Positions 41,691-53,379 of a stretch of 64,000 nt of DNA are shown here, one piece after another. The notes below the pieces were generated by a model. That model worked only from the letters and a program-made list of their open reading frames with translations, was not told the origin of the DNA and did no database searches. The position numbers and the translations under genes were made by a program. How positions within the stretch are numbered: the stretch's first letter is position 1; each line of letters starts with the position of its first letter. The DNA comes from Octopus sinensis (Eukaryota): the NCBI RefSeq assembly GCF_006345805.1, contig NC_043002.1:18972001-19036000 (forward strand), written 5' to 3'.

Positions 41691-42019
41691 CAAATGAACT
41701 TCAACATTTTATTTTATTGTTTGGTGGCATTTTCGAACGAATTGCAAGAACAATTTTTTATTTGCTATTTAGTTACTTTGTTCGAAAAATATTATTTAAT
41801 TTGTGTAAAAAAAATTACAGACATTTAAAAAAAAAAACTTTGTTTATAAAAAAATATTTATTATTGTGCCTTAGATAACTAAGGCACAAAAACTAAAGTA
41901 ATTTAGTCATTCTAAACTTCTTTGTTACTTAAATTGTGGGAGATTTGTCTTCTCATCTGGAGATAAAAACTTTGATCAGAATTAAGGATTATATTTTATT
42001 TCCGAATTTAATACAAACA

Positions 42020-42200
42020 TACGGATCCGTGGAATAAGCTGCCAGATGAGATGGTGAAGATGCCGACGACCGCTCGGTTCAAAGTCTCCCTTGACCTCAA
42101 GTGGCCTGAACTCTTTACATGAACACCACCCTGTACATAACTCCATGTCCCCCTACATGGCCTTGCTGTTTGCTTTTTGAGCCAAAAAATTAACTGATAC
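42020..42200 (+). mobile_element. CR1-clade LINE 3' end
   Basis: Encodes PWNKLPDEMVKMPTTARFKVSLDLKWPELFT*. Same family as 47628-48040. Confidence 0.8.
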
Positions 42201-42886
42201 AAATGTTAATTTGTATCAGTTGCTAGAACCACCTTTTATATAAATGTTTGGTGGTAGATATAGGCAAATGAATGGCTAATGGAGGAAATTATTCTATCTG
42301 ACTGGATAAATTATCCATGTTAACCATGACTGCCCATACACAAGTATACGCAAAAAGGTTTACATTTGTTTAATTAGATAAAAATATATTAATAGTGTCT
42401 TCTAGTCCAACTTGGGCAACGCTCCACTTTAACGTAGCAAGGTACATAACTCAGGCTGTCTCAGTGTTTGCCTGACCAATTTCCATTTTCACTTCACTGC
42501 TTTTGTCGTAAATGTTTTGTTTCATGTATCAACATGTGTCAGCATAATGATTTATTTTAATGATAAATTCTGTATATATATACTTTCTCACACTACAATT
42601 AAGATATATTTATTTTAAATCGTTCATCTTTCTCCCCCCCCCCACAACAAAAATTAGTTTGGAAGCGGAAAACTTTTGTTTTTCTTTTTTTTCTTAAAAC
42701 GAGGACATAAAGCTGGAGAAAGAGAGAGTTCTAAAATCAGAGCATTCAAAGCTAACTGAATTCTTACCACGTGGTCTTGTAGATTTTATTTTCACTTTTC
42801 AATTCCAGTTGAACTGTGAGATATTAAAGAAATTAATTACGTCTGTTAAAAAAAAATTTATTTAAGTTTAAAATATATTATTAAAT

Positions 42887-43279
42887 ATGTTGTATGATAT
42901 AGAAAGTATCGTCAAAGACTTCGATACCGTATATTCCTTCCTGAAGGAAAAGAAAACTTTGAATGACGTTTCTCCGCATTGTGTGCAATGCCAGAGAGAA
43001 ATGACTCTTATAAAACACAAAGAAGAAAAAATATTTCGGTGCCCAACACACAAAGGTGAAAAGTATCTATTAAGAAGAAATCCTACCTAGAAAACAGTAA
43101 AATGAAATTACATGTAATATATTCATGGAGTAACAACATACCAATATCATCAACAATAGAATTGACTGGATTGGCCAAATCTACTGTTATTCAGTGGTTT
43201 CAATACATGCGTGATATATGTAGTCACAATCTTGTCAATAACCCGTACCAAATTAGTGCCGTTCAAAAGGAAAAGATCC
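42887..43279 (+). pseudogene. Merlin transposase N-terminal relic ending in a GGATCTTTT-family TIR
   Basis: CVQC...FRC zinc ribbon and IYSWS...TVIQWFQYMRDIC, abutting tgccgttcaaaaggaaaagatcc (43257-43279). Confidence 0.75.
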
Positions 43280-43509
43280 GTAGATTCTACATACACACAA
43301 AGCAGATAAGAACAAATATGCAAGGCTTTTTGCTGGCATAATTTCGTTATATCTATGTTCCACAACACATAAAAACAACACACAGGCACACATTCAAGAA
43401 CAAGCACGCACAGAGAGAGAGAGAGAGAAAGCAATAACGAGTGAATGAGAATAACGAAGAAGAGTTAAAAAAGCGTTAAAATAATCAAAAATGAATTAAA
43501 ATTAAACCC

Positions 43510-45830
43510 TAAAGAAATTTGTAGGGAAAATTTTTTTCGAGCGGTTGGAGAGAGGACTTTCGAGGAGAAAAAAAATTCATTATTTTTTTTTACTTGAGTG
43601 TAATGGAAAAAAAGTTTGGAAAAAATTTTGATTCATTTATTTTGAGTAATAGAAAAAAGTTTTTAAAATAAGATCCCATGTATCATGGTGAGAGAAACAA
43701 ATTCATAAATACGGTGTTGGATATGGTTTCACTAAGGGTAATTTAGCTGTTGTTTTTAGCATATCTCCACCGTTGGAATGTTTTACAGTATAAAAAAAAA
43801 TGCGCCGTTAAGGAGTTATTGGTGACCGACATCAGGAACAGGTATACAGTCTTCCGGGTCATCAGAAACTTTGTATAATCTTGCAGCCTCCAAAAGAAAA
43901 TTATGAAGTGAGTGGGTTGGCGGTGAGACGGCTCTCAGGAAAAGCATCCGAGCGGTGTACTGCTTCAGATTGGCAAGCCTCATTCCGGGTCGAATAATGC
44001 ACTTCTTGAGGCTTTTCCATAACTGCTCAATATTGTGCGTGTCATTTGATGTGTTAAGGGGATCACTGTGGTTAATCTGATAGTGCGTATAGCCCAGGTT
44101 GTCTAGGTTACTGTAGGTACGCCGACAGTCGCTATAGATTATTGATCCCTGTCTGATATAGCGGGTTATGAGTTGAATGAGAGTCTTAACATCCCGTTTG
44201 TCGCCCTCGTCACAGTCAGTTGACAGTGGAACCACAAATGCTTTTTTGGTCAACCGTTCCAGTCCGCCAAAAAGCCAAACCGTTTTCACAATCCTGCCGC
44301 GTTGGTATTTCCGACGGACCAGAACCGTTTCGTCAACCTCAACTTCAAGTCCCGGTCCTCCTATCACATTTTGTTGGTTTTCTGCCCAATACTGGCAGAC
44401 CTCTGCACACAGAGATAACCAATCTCTGGAGGTTTTACGGGTGAGTTCAAGGTTTTCCATTACCGATTTGATTGACCAGGATGGTTGGAGGAAGTGGTTC
44501 ACAAAAGCCAAAAACTGCGAAGGCGGTAGACGGAGCTGTTCCAGAAAAGTGTTCTTAAATGTAGATATGGAGTATCCGCATTCTCTTTTAGTCTGCCGAC
44601 GTCGTCGCACCATCTTACGGCAGCGCCACAAGTTTGTCCCATTGCGCAAAGTACATGGGGTATTGCAGGTCGGACAATTCCGAGCAAGTGGCAGGACGCC
44701 GTGTTCAGTTAAAAACGCAATAGATGCTTCGTCATTCTTGTAGAAACTCCAAATACCGCCATTTAGAGCGACTTCGCAAGAGTCGCAACGAGCCATGCTT
44801 TAGGAGTAAGTCTTCGAAAATGAACACGTGTGGCCCCGGTGCTCCGCGCTAGCTAGTCATGACTAGTCGATCCTTACTTTGTGTTTTTGTTTTATTTACT
44901 TTGTTTAAAAAAATGATTTACTGTTTTATTTACTTTCTTTAAAAAAAATTATTTACTTTGTGTAAAAAAAATTATTTATTTTGTGTTTTATTTACTTTGC
45001 TAGGTAGTTGTTGTAGGATCGACTACTTACGACTAGCTAGCTATCTCAAACTAACTCAAGGGTGTAAATGTTTTTTTTTTTTGTTGGAAGTTATGAGGCA
45101 ACAAAGTCGTGGGGTACTCATCTGCAGTTTTGCCACATCTTTTTTCCATTACTCAAATATGTTTTATTTGGAGAAAATATTAAACACACAGAAGGTATCA
45201 AAAGGTCGTGAGATGTACTAAAAACTACAGCTAAATCGCCCTTAACTTTCTTCCCATAGTAAAACCATATTCAACACCGTATTTAAGAATTTGTTTCTCT
45301 CACCTTAATTCATGGGATCTTTTTTAAAACGTTTAGCTACTGCTCAAATCAAAAATGATTAATCTTAAAATGTTTTTCAAAACTTTTCCGATGCACTGTT
45401 TTTTTCAAAACTTTTCCCCATGCATTGTTCTTTTCCTGACGCTTGTGCATTACCCTATGTACTATACATACACTTTAGATGAGCTGTGCACCTGAGCACT
45501 GTACACAATGTTTTATTATTATTATAACACTCAAACTAAAATATAATTTCTTTCTCTTTGAAAGTCCTTCCCACCCACTCGGAAAGATTTTTCCCCACAA
45601 ATTTCTTTATAATCGTAATCTATGCGATTTTAAAGGTATTTATGTAAAATTTCATCGAAAGATATCCATTTTTCTAAAAATTATGAGAGAAAAAGTCGGA
45701 TCGTGTGAATTTCCCGAAAGTCCTCTACCCACACCTCCGTTCGTTGGCGCAAATTTTTGTTTTCCTATTACTTTAATACACGCTGTTCTATACCTATTAC
45801 ACTTTTTTTTCTTTTGTGGCCCAATTTAAA
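43510..45830 (-). mobile_element. Merlin (IS1016/ISXO2-like) DNA transposon with long imperfect terminal inverted repeats
   Basis: Arms 43510-43790 and 45205-45610 are inverted. The right arm continues to about 45800; the left arm is truncated. Confidence 0.8.
43816..44796 (-). CDS. Merlin/ISXO2-like DDE transposase, 326 aa, uninterrupted ORF
   Basis: N-terminal CPTC..C..WRC..EC ribbon, VEVDET (D), RRKYQRGR, WLFGGLER, IYSD (D), GYTHYQINHS, and NIEQLW (E). Confidence 0.92.
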   Translation of the reverse strand: MARCDSCEVALNGGIWSFYKNDEASIAFLTEHGVLPLARNCPTCNTPCTLRNGTNLWRCRKMVRRRRQTKRECGYSISTFKNTFLEQLRLPPSQFLAFVNHFLQPSWSIKSVMENLELTRKTSRDWLSLCAEVCQYWAENQQNVIGGPGLEVEVDETVLVRRKYQRGRIVKTVWLFGGLERLTKKAFVVPLSTDCDEGDKRDVKTLIQLITRYIRQGSIIYSDCRRTYSNLDNLGYTHYQINHSDPLNTSNDTHNIEQLWKSLKKCIIRPGMRLANLKQYTARMLFLRAVSPPTHSLHNFLLEAARLYKVSDDPEDCIPVPDVGHQ

Positions 45831-46159
45831 GTAATAACCGTAATCACTTTCACTCGGTTTATTTATTAAAATATTCCGTATTATAAATTCCTTCTCCAAA
45901 AAAGTTTTGTTAATCATTAATTAATATTCGAAATAAGTTAATCTATTCAAGCGAGACGAGTAAATAGTTAACTAAAAAACACAGCTTGGTATCTTAGATA
46001 TACTGAAACGAAATAAAAGAAAATATTATCGAAAATGCTCCTAAATTAGCAGAATGTGAAAATCTGAATTAACGCTATATAATTATTGTTGGCATTAGCA
46101 GAAAGCAATAGTAGAGAGGATATTAATATATGAAACATGTTTGACAATGTTTCTCAACT

Positions 46160-46338
46160 TAGGATTAGTTTTGTCTCTACATCCGGTCAGCCATATTTCG
46201 CTGTTTCTTTGTTGTATTTGTTGATTTAAATGAGTCTATAGCGATTACTATGCCTTTTGTATATTTAGAGAGGGCATGTACAAAAGAAGACTGTATTTGT
46301 GGGATTGAAGAGAAAGTAAACAATATGAAGAGGTAAGA
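46160..46338 (+). promoter_or_regulatory. Putative promoter / non-coding exon 1 of ZNF-4
   Basis: attagttttgtctctacatccggtcagccata is 29/32 identical to 61727-61758. Donor GAG|GTAAGA at 46333. Confidence 0.5.
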
Positions 46339-47296
46339 TAGCTTTCGTTTGACATGGAAGTTTATACTGTAAGTTAATGTTGGTAGTTTTCATCTGTTAA
46401 CAATTATTTCGGTCATCCTTGTGTATTGAATGGAGAAAATGAAAGATAATATTTACTGTTGAGCTAGTTGTTGTGTCATCCCTGTCGACCCACAGATCAA
46501 ATTGATCCAGCAAACTTATGATCAAATATGTTCCATCCGTGCCCACCCTGTCTTCTGTTGTAGGTCGACATTGTCGAATGATATTCTTTTTTATGAGATT
46601 GTAAAGAGTAATTTGTTGAAATTTTGGCTGTTGTTTCTAGTAGGTGAAGCTGCCAGTGTTTCGCTCAAACTTTTAAGATAGTGATGCACCTAAGCTTTTG
46701 CATGATAAAACACGTGTGTAATAGTTTAACATATGTTTTCCATAGGTTGCACGGTTTGATAGGACCCTGCGAACTGCAGGGTACATTGAGCCCCAGTGTC
46801 AGCTATGGTTGGATGCCAGCCACTTTGCAGGGTGTACGAGGTGCGTTTTTTTTTTAGTGTGTGTGCCACTGGCATAGTGAGGTCGCTAATAAGAGGAAAA
46901 TGAAAAAAAATATGTCCCTTCCACTTAATGGAAGGGAAGTATTTGAGTTGGGGAGATGGCTTTGTCAGGTGTTGAAAGGCTGAAGTTTGATAAACAAGCG
47001 CAAATGTCTTGCTACAGAGATAATACTTAGCTACTTTGCATTATATAAGGGTAGAAGATAAGATGGTTGTGATAGGGTGCCAGAACAAACTCTCACGATA
47101 CTAGAAGGTAAACATAAGAGAGGATACGGACAGTAGATAAGGAAGAAGGCTTGGGTAGTTTGGTAAGTGAGGAGACACTGATAGATGGTTAGAAATGGGG
47201 TAGAGTGAGTGAGTAAACAGAAGTGTATCCGTTGGTGTGTATTTGATTGAGAAAAACCAGTATAGAGAGGGGTTAAGATGAGAAAGATAGGAGTCT

Positions 47297-47770
47297 GTCA
47301 GAATATTGGGGAATGATATACAAGATGAAGGAGATGGTGGCTATTGTGAATGGGGCGTGATGGCACATGAGAGGGTGCTGAGAATGATGGCAGATATGTT
47401 AAGTTAAGTTAATTTTTTGGCTCAAAAAGCAAAAAGCAAGGCCATGTAGGGGGACATGGAGTTATGTACAGGGAGGGTGTTCAGGCCATTTCTGGTCAAG
47501 AGAGACTGAACCGAGCGGTCGTTGGTCAGAATATTGGGGAATGATATACAAGATGAAGGAGATGGTGGCTATTGTGAGTGGGGCGTGATGGCACATGAGA
47601 GGGTGCTGAGAATGATGGCAGATATGTTAAGTTAAGTTAATTTTTTGGCTCAAAAAGCAAAAAGCAAGGCCATGTAGGGGGACATGGAGTTATGTACAGG
47701 GAGGGTGTTCATGCAAAGAGTTCAGGCCATTTCTGGTCAAGAGAGACTTTGAACCGAGCAGTCGTTGGCA
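47297..47770. repeat. 228-bp tandem duplication spanning a CR1 3' junction
   Basis: gtcagaatattggggaatg starts at both 47297 and 47525. Confidence 0.9.
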
Positions 47771-48040
47771 TCTTCACCATCTCATCCGGCAGCTTATTCC
47801 ACGGACCCGCAACCCGGATGGAGAAAGGCCCTCTCCTTCGATTGAGATGAAATCGTCGCAGATAGAGCTTTTCGGAGTGACCCCGCAGCCGACGCTCTGG
47901 AGCAGGAGTGAAGAACAGCTCTTTCGAGAGGTTACACTTTCTGCTTATGATGTTGTGAGCAAGAATGAAATCATCACGGCGTCATTGTTTTTCTAGAGAA
48001 TAAAGGTTGAGCGTCTTCAGCCTTTCTTCATAAGACAAAT
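47628..48040 (-). mobile_element. CR1-clade LINE 3' end with (CTTAA)n tail
   Basis: Encodes SYEERLKTLNLYSLE, LRGHSEKL and PWNKLP. Confidence 0.85.
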
Positions 48041-48639
48041 GCTTGAGATGATAGGTGTTATGATGAAGTGTGGCAAAGGAGTGAGAGAAAACTGAAGGCA
48101 TGAATGGGAAGGTGATTAGTGATATACACACAGGCACACACATATCATTATCCTCATTTAATGTCAGTTTTTTGTGCTCACATGGACTGACAGGTGCTGG
48201 TAGGCCAGAAGACAGTGCCAAGCTCTACTGTCTGGTTTGGTGCAGTTTCTACAGCTGGATGCCCTTCCTAACATGAACCACCTTACAGAATGTACTGAGT
48301 GTAGTTGCTTTTGACATGGCACCAGCTTCATGTGTGTGTATATAAGTAGATTTGTGGTAAGAATTTTGTTTTGTAACCAGATGGCTCTAGGTTCTGCCCA
48401 CTGAGGAGAAGGCTACTGTAACCCTGGGCTGACCAAATCCTTTTGAGTAGATTTGGTACACAGAAATTGAAAAAAAGCTTGTCATATATGTGTGTGTGTC
48501 TTTGTTTTCGTTCCCCCACCACTGCTTGGCAACTGGTGTTGGCTTGTTTACATCCCTACAACGTAGCAGTTCAGCAAAAGATTCCAATAAAAGAAATACC
48601 AGGCTTTAAAAACAGTATGTACTGGGGCCAATTCACTTG

Positions 48640-49950
48640 CCTTTCACTCTGAAGGAGAGGCTCCTTGTTACTACAGAGGGAATAATTCTCTGAATTTCGC
48701 CCAGCCTAATCTTATTCTAGCAGCTATGCTTTCAGAACAACCTCTCCCACTACTAACATGATCACCTTAGTAACCGAAACTGTCTACTACTTCTAAGGAT
48801 CTCCCCTGATATTTGGGGGAGTCTATTTCTCGTACATTCCTGATGTTTACCATACCTGTACATCTACCTCATATAAAGACTACTTTCTCTGTTAGTCTTC
48901 CACTGTTACTGCTGCACTTCTTATCTGTCCATGGCTTGCACTGGATACGCCTTATGGAGTGTCTCCTGACACCTTTTTTACATATTGAGCAGGGCCATTT
49001 CCCTGAAGGGATCTACTTATCAATATTTTGGTTTTTGCTAAATTAACTCTAAGGCCTCTTTGATTCTAGTCCATGCTTCCATACCTGAAATTTCTTCTCT
49101 AATTGTGGTAGTGATTCAGCAATAGGAGCAAGGTCATCAGCATAGAGGAGCAGCAGGTCTTAAATTCCTCAATTATATCTTGGAGGACCATCATAAATAA
49201 TAGGGGGCTAAGAACCGAACTCAAGTGGACTCCTACTTGTACACTTGCTATACTTATTGATGACTCTCACCTTAACTAACAGCATCCTTGTACATGGTTT
49301 TGTCTTCTCTCACTAACCATTCATCTATCCCTAGCTTCCATATTGCCCACCAGATAAGGGAGAAGGGGATCCTGTCAAAGATTTTCTCCATGTCAACAAA
49401 AGCCAGATACAGAGGTTTATTTTTGGCCAAGTACTTCTCTTGCAGTAGCCTCAGCACGAAGATAGCATCAGTGGTGCTTCTCCCTGGCGTAAATCCAAAC
49501 TGCATCTCATCTATGCTAACTCTATAATTAATTGAGCTATGTCCCTTTCTCCATTTTCCATCACCTGGTGCAACCATTTAATGCCTCTAATTATTTTTTT
49601 GTCTAGGGCATTATTTTTGCTTTTGTAGCAGTTGACTATTATGCTGCTACACCAGTCATTGGGTATGACTCCCTTGTGGACAACTTGATTAACTATATGG
49701 GTGACCAGGTTATATGCCGCTTGCCAGATATTTTAAGCATCCCAGTGTTGATTCCTGATGGGCTGGAGGCTTTCCTTGTCTTCATATGCTTAATTGCTTT
49801 ATCTACTAAGGTACTGTCGATTTGAATAGCCAGCCCCTCTGTTGGGTCCACATTAGGAAGGCTCTCCTTCTCCCTTGCATTCTCTACATTCAGCAGCCTT
49901 TCATAGTAGCACTTCCTAGCCTCCTTCTTTGCAGAATCACTAACTGACAC
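48640..49950 (-). mobile_element. Decayed RTE LINE RT region
   Basis: Encodes MQFGFTPGRSTTDAIF, LYLAFVDMEK and SGKWPCSIC. Confidence 0.85.
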
Positions 49951-49978
49951 GCATGCATGCATATATACACATTATGTA

Positions 49979-51162
49979 CAGGGTGTTTTGGCTAAATTCG
50001 ACTGTTTGCATAAAAGGTAAAGAAAACACTAAATCCTATCCTAAAATAAAAGTATTTAAGAAATATTAAAAAATATCAACTCAATCATGACCGGGAGATA
50101 ACATTTTACTCAAAGTAGCCATCCTCAGCTTCCACCACTGCCTCATGATGGCTCTGGAACCTAGTGCATGCATTCCTCTGTCTCTGAGATAATCTTTGAT
50201 TACCTTGATTTTAGCTACCAGCTCAGCCTTGGTGTTTCAGGCAGAGCAGTTAGTGTTTTTATGAACCATGCTCCATCGATAGTAATCCCTAGCATTATAA
50301 TCAGGGGAATTGGTGAAATTATTGAAATTCTCTGTCAACCACTTCAGACTCTTTCTGAAAGCATGCCGTGGAGCCAAATCCTATAGCCACACATATGGCC
50401 TTCTCCAGCCAGATTTTGATCACAGTCTCCATCAACTTCATATAGCTGTCTGAATTAAGCCTAAGGCCCTGTTCAAAGATGTGGGGTATTATGATGTCAC
50501 CCTCACTGGAGACACACCCAAGAACCATCACAGTTTTGGGGAAACTTGGCTTTCATATGTGTGACATCACTTGAATTGTAAGCAAGGTACCTGTTCTGGA
50601 TGTTTTGCAACTGGTCCTGGTTGAAGTTTTTTTCATCTGAGAAGAACCAGATCATCCCCAGCTCAGCAGGATGCCACAGCTTATTCAAGAGTTTCTTGGC
50701 ATTGGTTATCAGAATTTGCCCCTTGCACCCCTTATATGTGTGGCAGCAAAGATCCTTATTCAGTACCAACTTCATGGTGGCTATTCCAACACCCATCTCT
50801 CTCGCTAAAGCCTGGATTCCTTTGTTCAGATCTTCCATTACCTTGTCCTGCTGTTGTATGAATTCCAATGTTTTGACACAGTCAGAATGCCTGCTATGTC
50901 CTATTCTGCTGGCCATGGCTTTGTAGTCTCCATTGCAGTTGTTCGTGTCATATCTGCAGTCTTTACAGTGCTCACAGAGCATTGAGCATCAGTCATCATG
51001 TTGACAGTGTGAATCATCAGGATACGAGTATCCCTTTTCCGATATTCAGATAGCTCCCAACCTTTCATCTCAGCTAACTTTTTTCTCAACCACAACTTTA
51101 GTTTCAAGCTGTTCTTGAAAAAAGAAACACAAAAAATTGCCAAATTTAGCTTGAACACCCTG
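49979..51162 (-). mobile_element. Tc1/mariner-superfamily element, maT/DD37D-like, with TIRs and TA TSD; transposase disrupted
   Basis: Ends TA|cagggtgttttggctaaatt and aatttagcttgaacaccctg|TA. Encodes IWFFSDEKNF and VLGCVSSEGD pieces. Confidence 0.85.
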
Positions 51163-51765
51163 TAATGTGTCTTTTTTATGCCACTATATTTAAAAGTAAG
51201 GCATAATAAATTATATTTAAATTGAATATCTAAAACAGATATATCTATCCAAAACTTCTGTTTCACTAATTCGTTAATAGAACTGGCATTGTTCTTTTAT
51301 AGTCTTTTAACTGCCAAGTCAGTATTTTAAAATTTCTTCCTAAGTGAAATGTACTTTTTAAGTGAGCATTGCAAATCTAATACATCATCATACCTCACAG
51401 ATACATAAATATAATGCCACTTTCAATGTTGCATCATATGAAGTTACATGCTAATAATGGTTTTCTTTAATTTCAGAACATTTGTGTCAGACTGTGGAAC
51501 TCTACCTGATAATGCCATCATTCAGTTGTGTTTGCTGAAATAACCAGTGTGTGGTGTTTATTAAAGTTGTCTGAGGATAGTGCGATGTAAGACAAACATA
51601 TCTACTGTGGACAGTTATAATATATCTGATATTAGCGTGAAGTTAATGTTACATCAATGCAAATTAATTAATGGAAATGAACAGTTGACCAGTGAAACAT
51701 TTTTTTGAATGTTCTACATCACCTGAATAGAGACATCATTGTTATAAAGTTCTATTAATCTGACA

Positions 51766-53379
51766 ATGTTTGAACCGGAAGAGAAACCATATAGATGTGA
51801 TGTTTGCGGGGAGCTGTTTGCTATAAAGAGTAACTTTGATGCTCATAAGTGCGCTCAAAAAGGTAAAAAAGTGTACCATTGTGAATACTGTGGGAAGGTC
51901 TTTTATCGAAAGTGTACATTAACAGATCACACACGTATTCATACAGGAGAAAAACCCTATGGCTGTGAAATCTGTGGAAAGACATTTTCTTTTAGTAGTA
52001 ATTTGTCACGTCATATACGCATTCACACAGGGGAAAAACCACACAACTGTGATATCTGCGGAAAGGCATTTTCTTGTAACAGTGCGTTATCATATCACAA
52101 ACGCATTCACACGGGAGAACTACCACACCACTGCCAAATCTGTGGAAAAGGATTTTCTTTTGTTAGTAAATTAGCTATTCATGTGCGTATTCACACTGGG
52201 GAAAAACCTTATAATTGTGAAATTTGTGGTAAAGCTTTTTCTTGTAATAACAAATTAACATATCACAAACGTATTCACACAGGGGAAAAACCCTACCACT
52301 GTGGAATTTGTGGAAAAACATTTGTTTTTAATAATCATTTAGCTTATCATAAACGAACTCACACTGGGGAAAAACCATACCAATGCAAAATTTGTGGAAA
52401 GGCGTTTTCGTGTGGAAGTTATTTAAAAGATCATAAACGTATACATACGGGAGAAAAACCATACGATTGTGACATTTGTGGAAAAGCATTTTCAAGTAGT
52501 ACCCAGTTATCTAGTCATAAGCATAGGCACAGTGGAAGAACACCGTATCACTGTGGATTTTGTGGGAAAACATTTTCTCTGCAGAGCCAATTATCACTTC
52601 ATAAAATTATCCACACAGGGAGTGAACCATATTCATGCGAAATTTGTGGAAAAACATTTTCTTTGAAGAGTAGATTGACTTTCCATAAAGTTGTTCATAC
52701 AGTAGAAAGGCAAGGTGATAGTGAAATTTGTGGAAAAGAGTTTTTACAAAAGGTTCAGTTGAAAGATCAGGGGCTTAATCGCATTGAAAAAATTTACCGT
52801 TGTGAAATATGTGAAAAAGTATTTTCTCACAGCAGTAACTTAGCGGCCCACAGACGTCTTCATACAGGAGAAAATCTTTACCATTGTGAAATATGTGGGA
52901 AAAAATTTTCCTGTAACAGTAAATTAACAGATCATAAATGGAGTCACACAGGGGAGAAGCCATACCATTGTGAAGTATGTGAGAAATCATTTTCTCGAAA
53001 GTCAAATCTATCTCGTCATAAACGCACTCATACTGGTGAAAAGCCATATCAGTGTGAGTTTTGTGAAAAAGCATTTCATAGAAAATGTCACTTATCGGAA
53101 CATACGCGTATTCACACAGGAGAAAAACCATACCAATGTGAAATTTGTGACAAAACGTTTTATAGAAAGGATCACTTAGCAGAGCATACACGTATTCACA
53201 CAGGAGAAAAGCCATACCAATGTGAAATTTGTGACAAAGCTTTTTCTAGTAGTAGCCACTTATCATACCATATACGTATTCACACTGGCGAAAAACCGTA
53301 CCAGTGTGAAATTTGCGGTGAAGCATTTTCTAGGAATAGAAATTTAATACGTCATAAACAAATTCATACAAGAAAATAA
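51766..53379 (+). CDS. C2H2 zinc-finger protein ZNF-4, 19 finger positions (1 and 12 degenerate), 537 aa
   Basis: 17 canonical fingers. In-frame TAA at 51745; acceptor ttttctttaatttcAG at 51475-51476. Confidence 0.95.
   Translation: MFEPEEKPYRCDVCGELFAIKSNFDAHKCAQKGKKVYHCEYCGKVFYRKCTLTDHTRIHTGEKPYGCEICGKTFSFSSNLSRHIRIHTGEKPHNCDICGKAFSCNSALSYHKRIHTGELPHHCQICGKGFSFVSKLAIHVRIHTGEKPYNCEICGKAFSCNNKLTYHKRIHTGEKPYHCGICGKTFVFNNHLAYHKRTHTGEKPYQCKICGKAFSCGSYLKDHKRIHTGEKPYDCDICGKAFSSSTQLSSHKHRHSGRTPYHCGFCGKTFSLQSQLSLHKIIHTGSEPYSCEICGKTFSLKSRLTFHKVVHTVERQGDSEICGKEFLQKVQLKDQGLNRIEKIYRCEICEKVFSHSSNLAAHRRLHTGENLYHCEICGKKFSCNSKLTDHKWSHTGEKPYHCEVCEKSFSRKSNLSRHKRTHTGEKPYQCEFCEKAFHRKCHLSEHTRIHTGEKPYQCEICDKTFYRKDHLAEHTRIHTGEKPYQCEICDKAFSSSSHLSYHIRIHTGEKPYQCEICGEAFSRNRNLIRHKQIHTRK

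Noticed and set aside
41864-41889. Perfect 11-bp hairpin ttgtgccttag-ataa-ctaaggcacaa
   Set aside because: It resembles a terminator, but this is eukaryotic DNA. It is a single instance at a TE junction with no supportable function.
44177-44743. 188-aa plus-strand ORF
   Set aside because: Antisense shadow of the GC-richer Merlin ORF, with no recognisable motifs.
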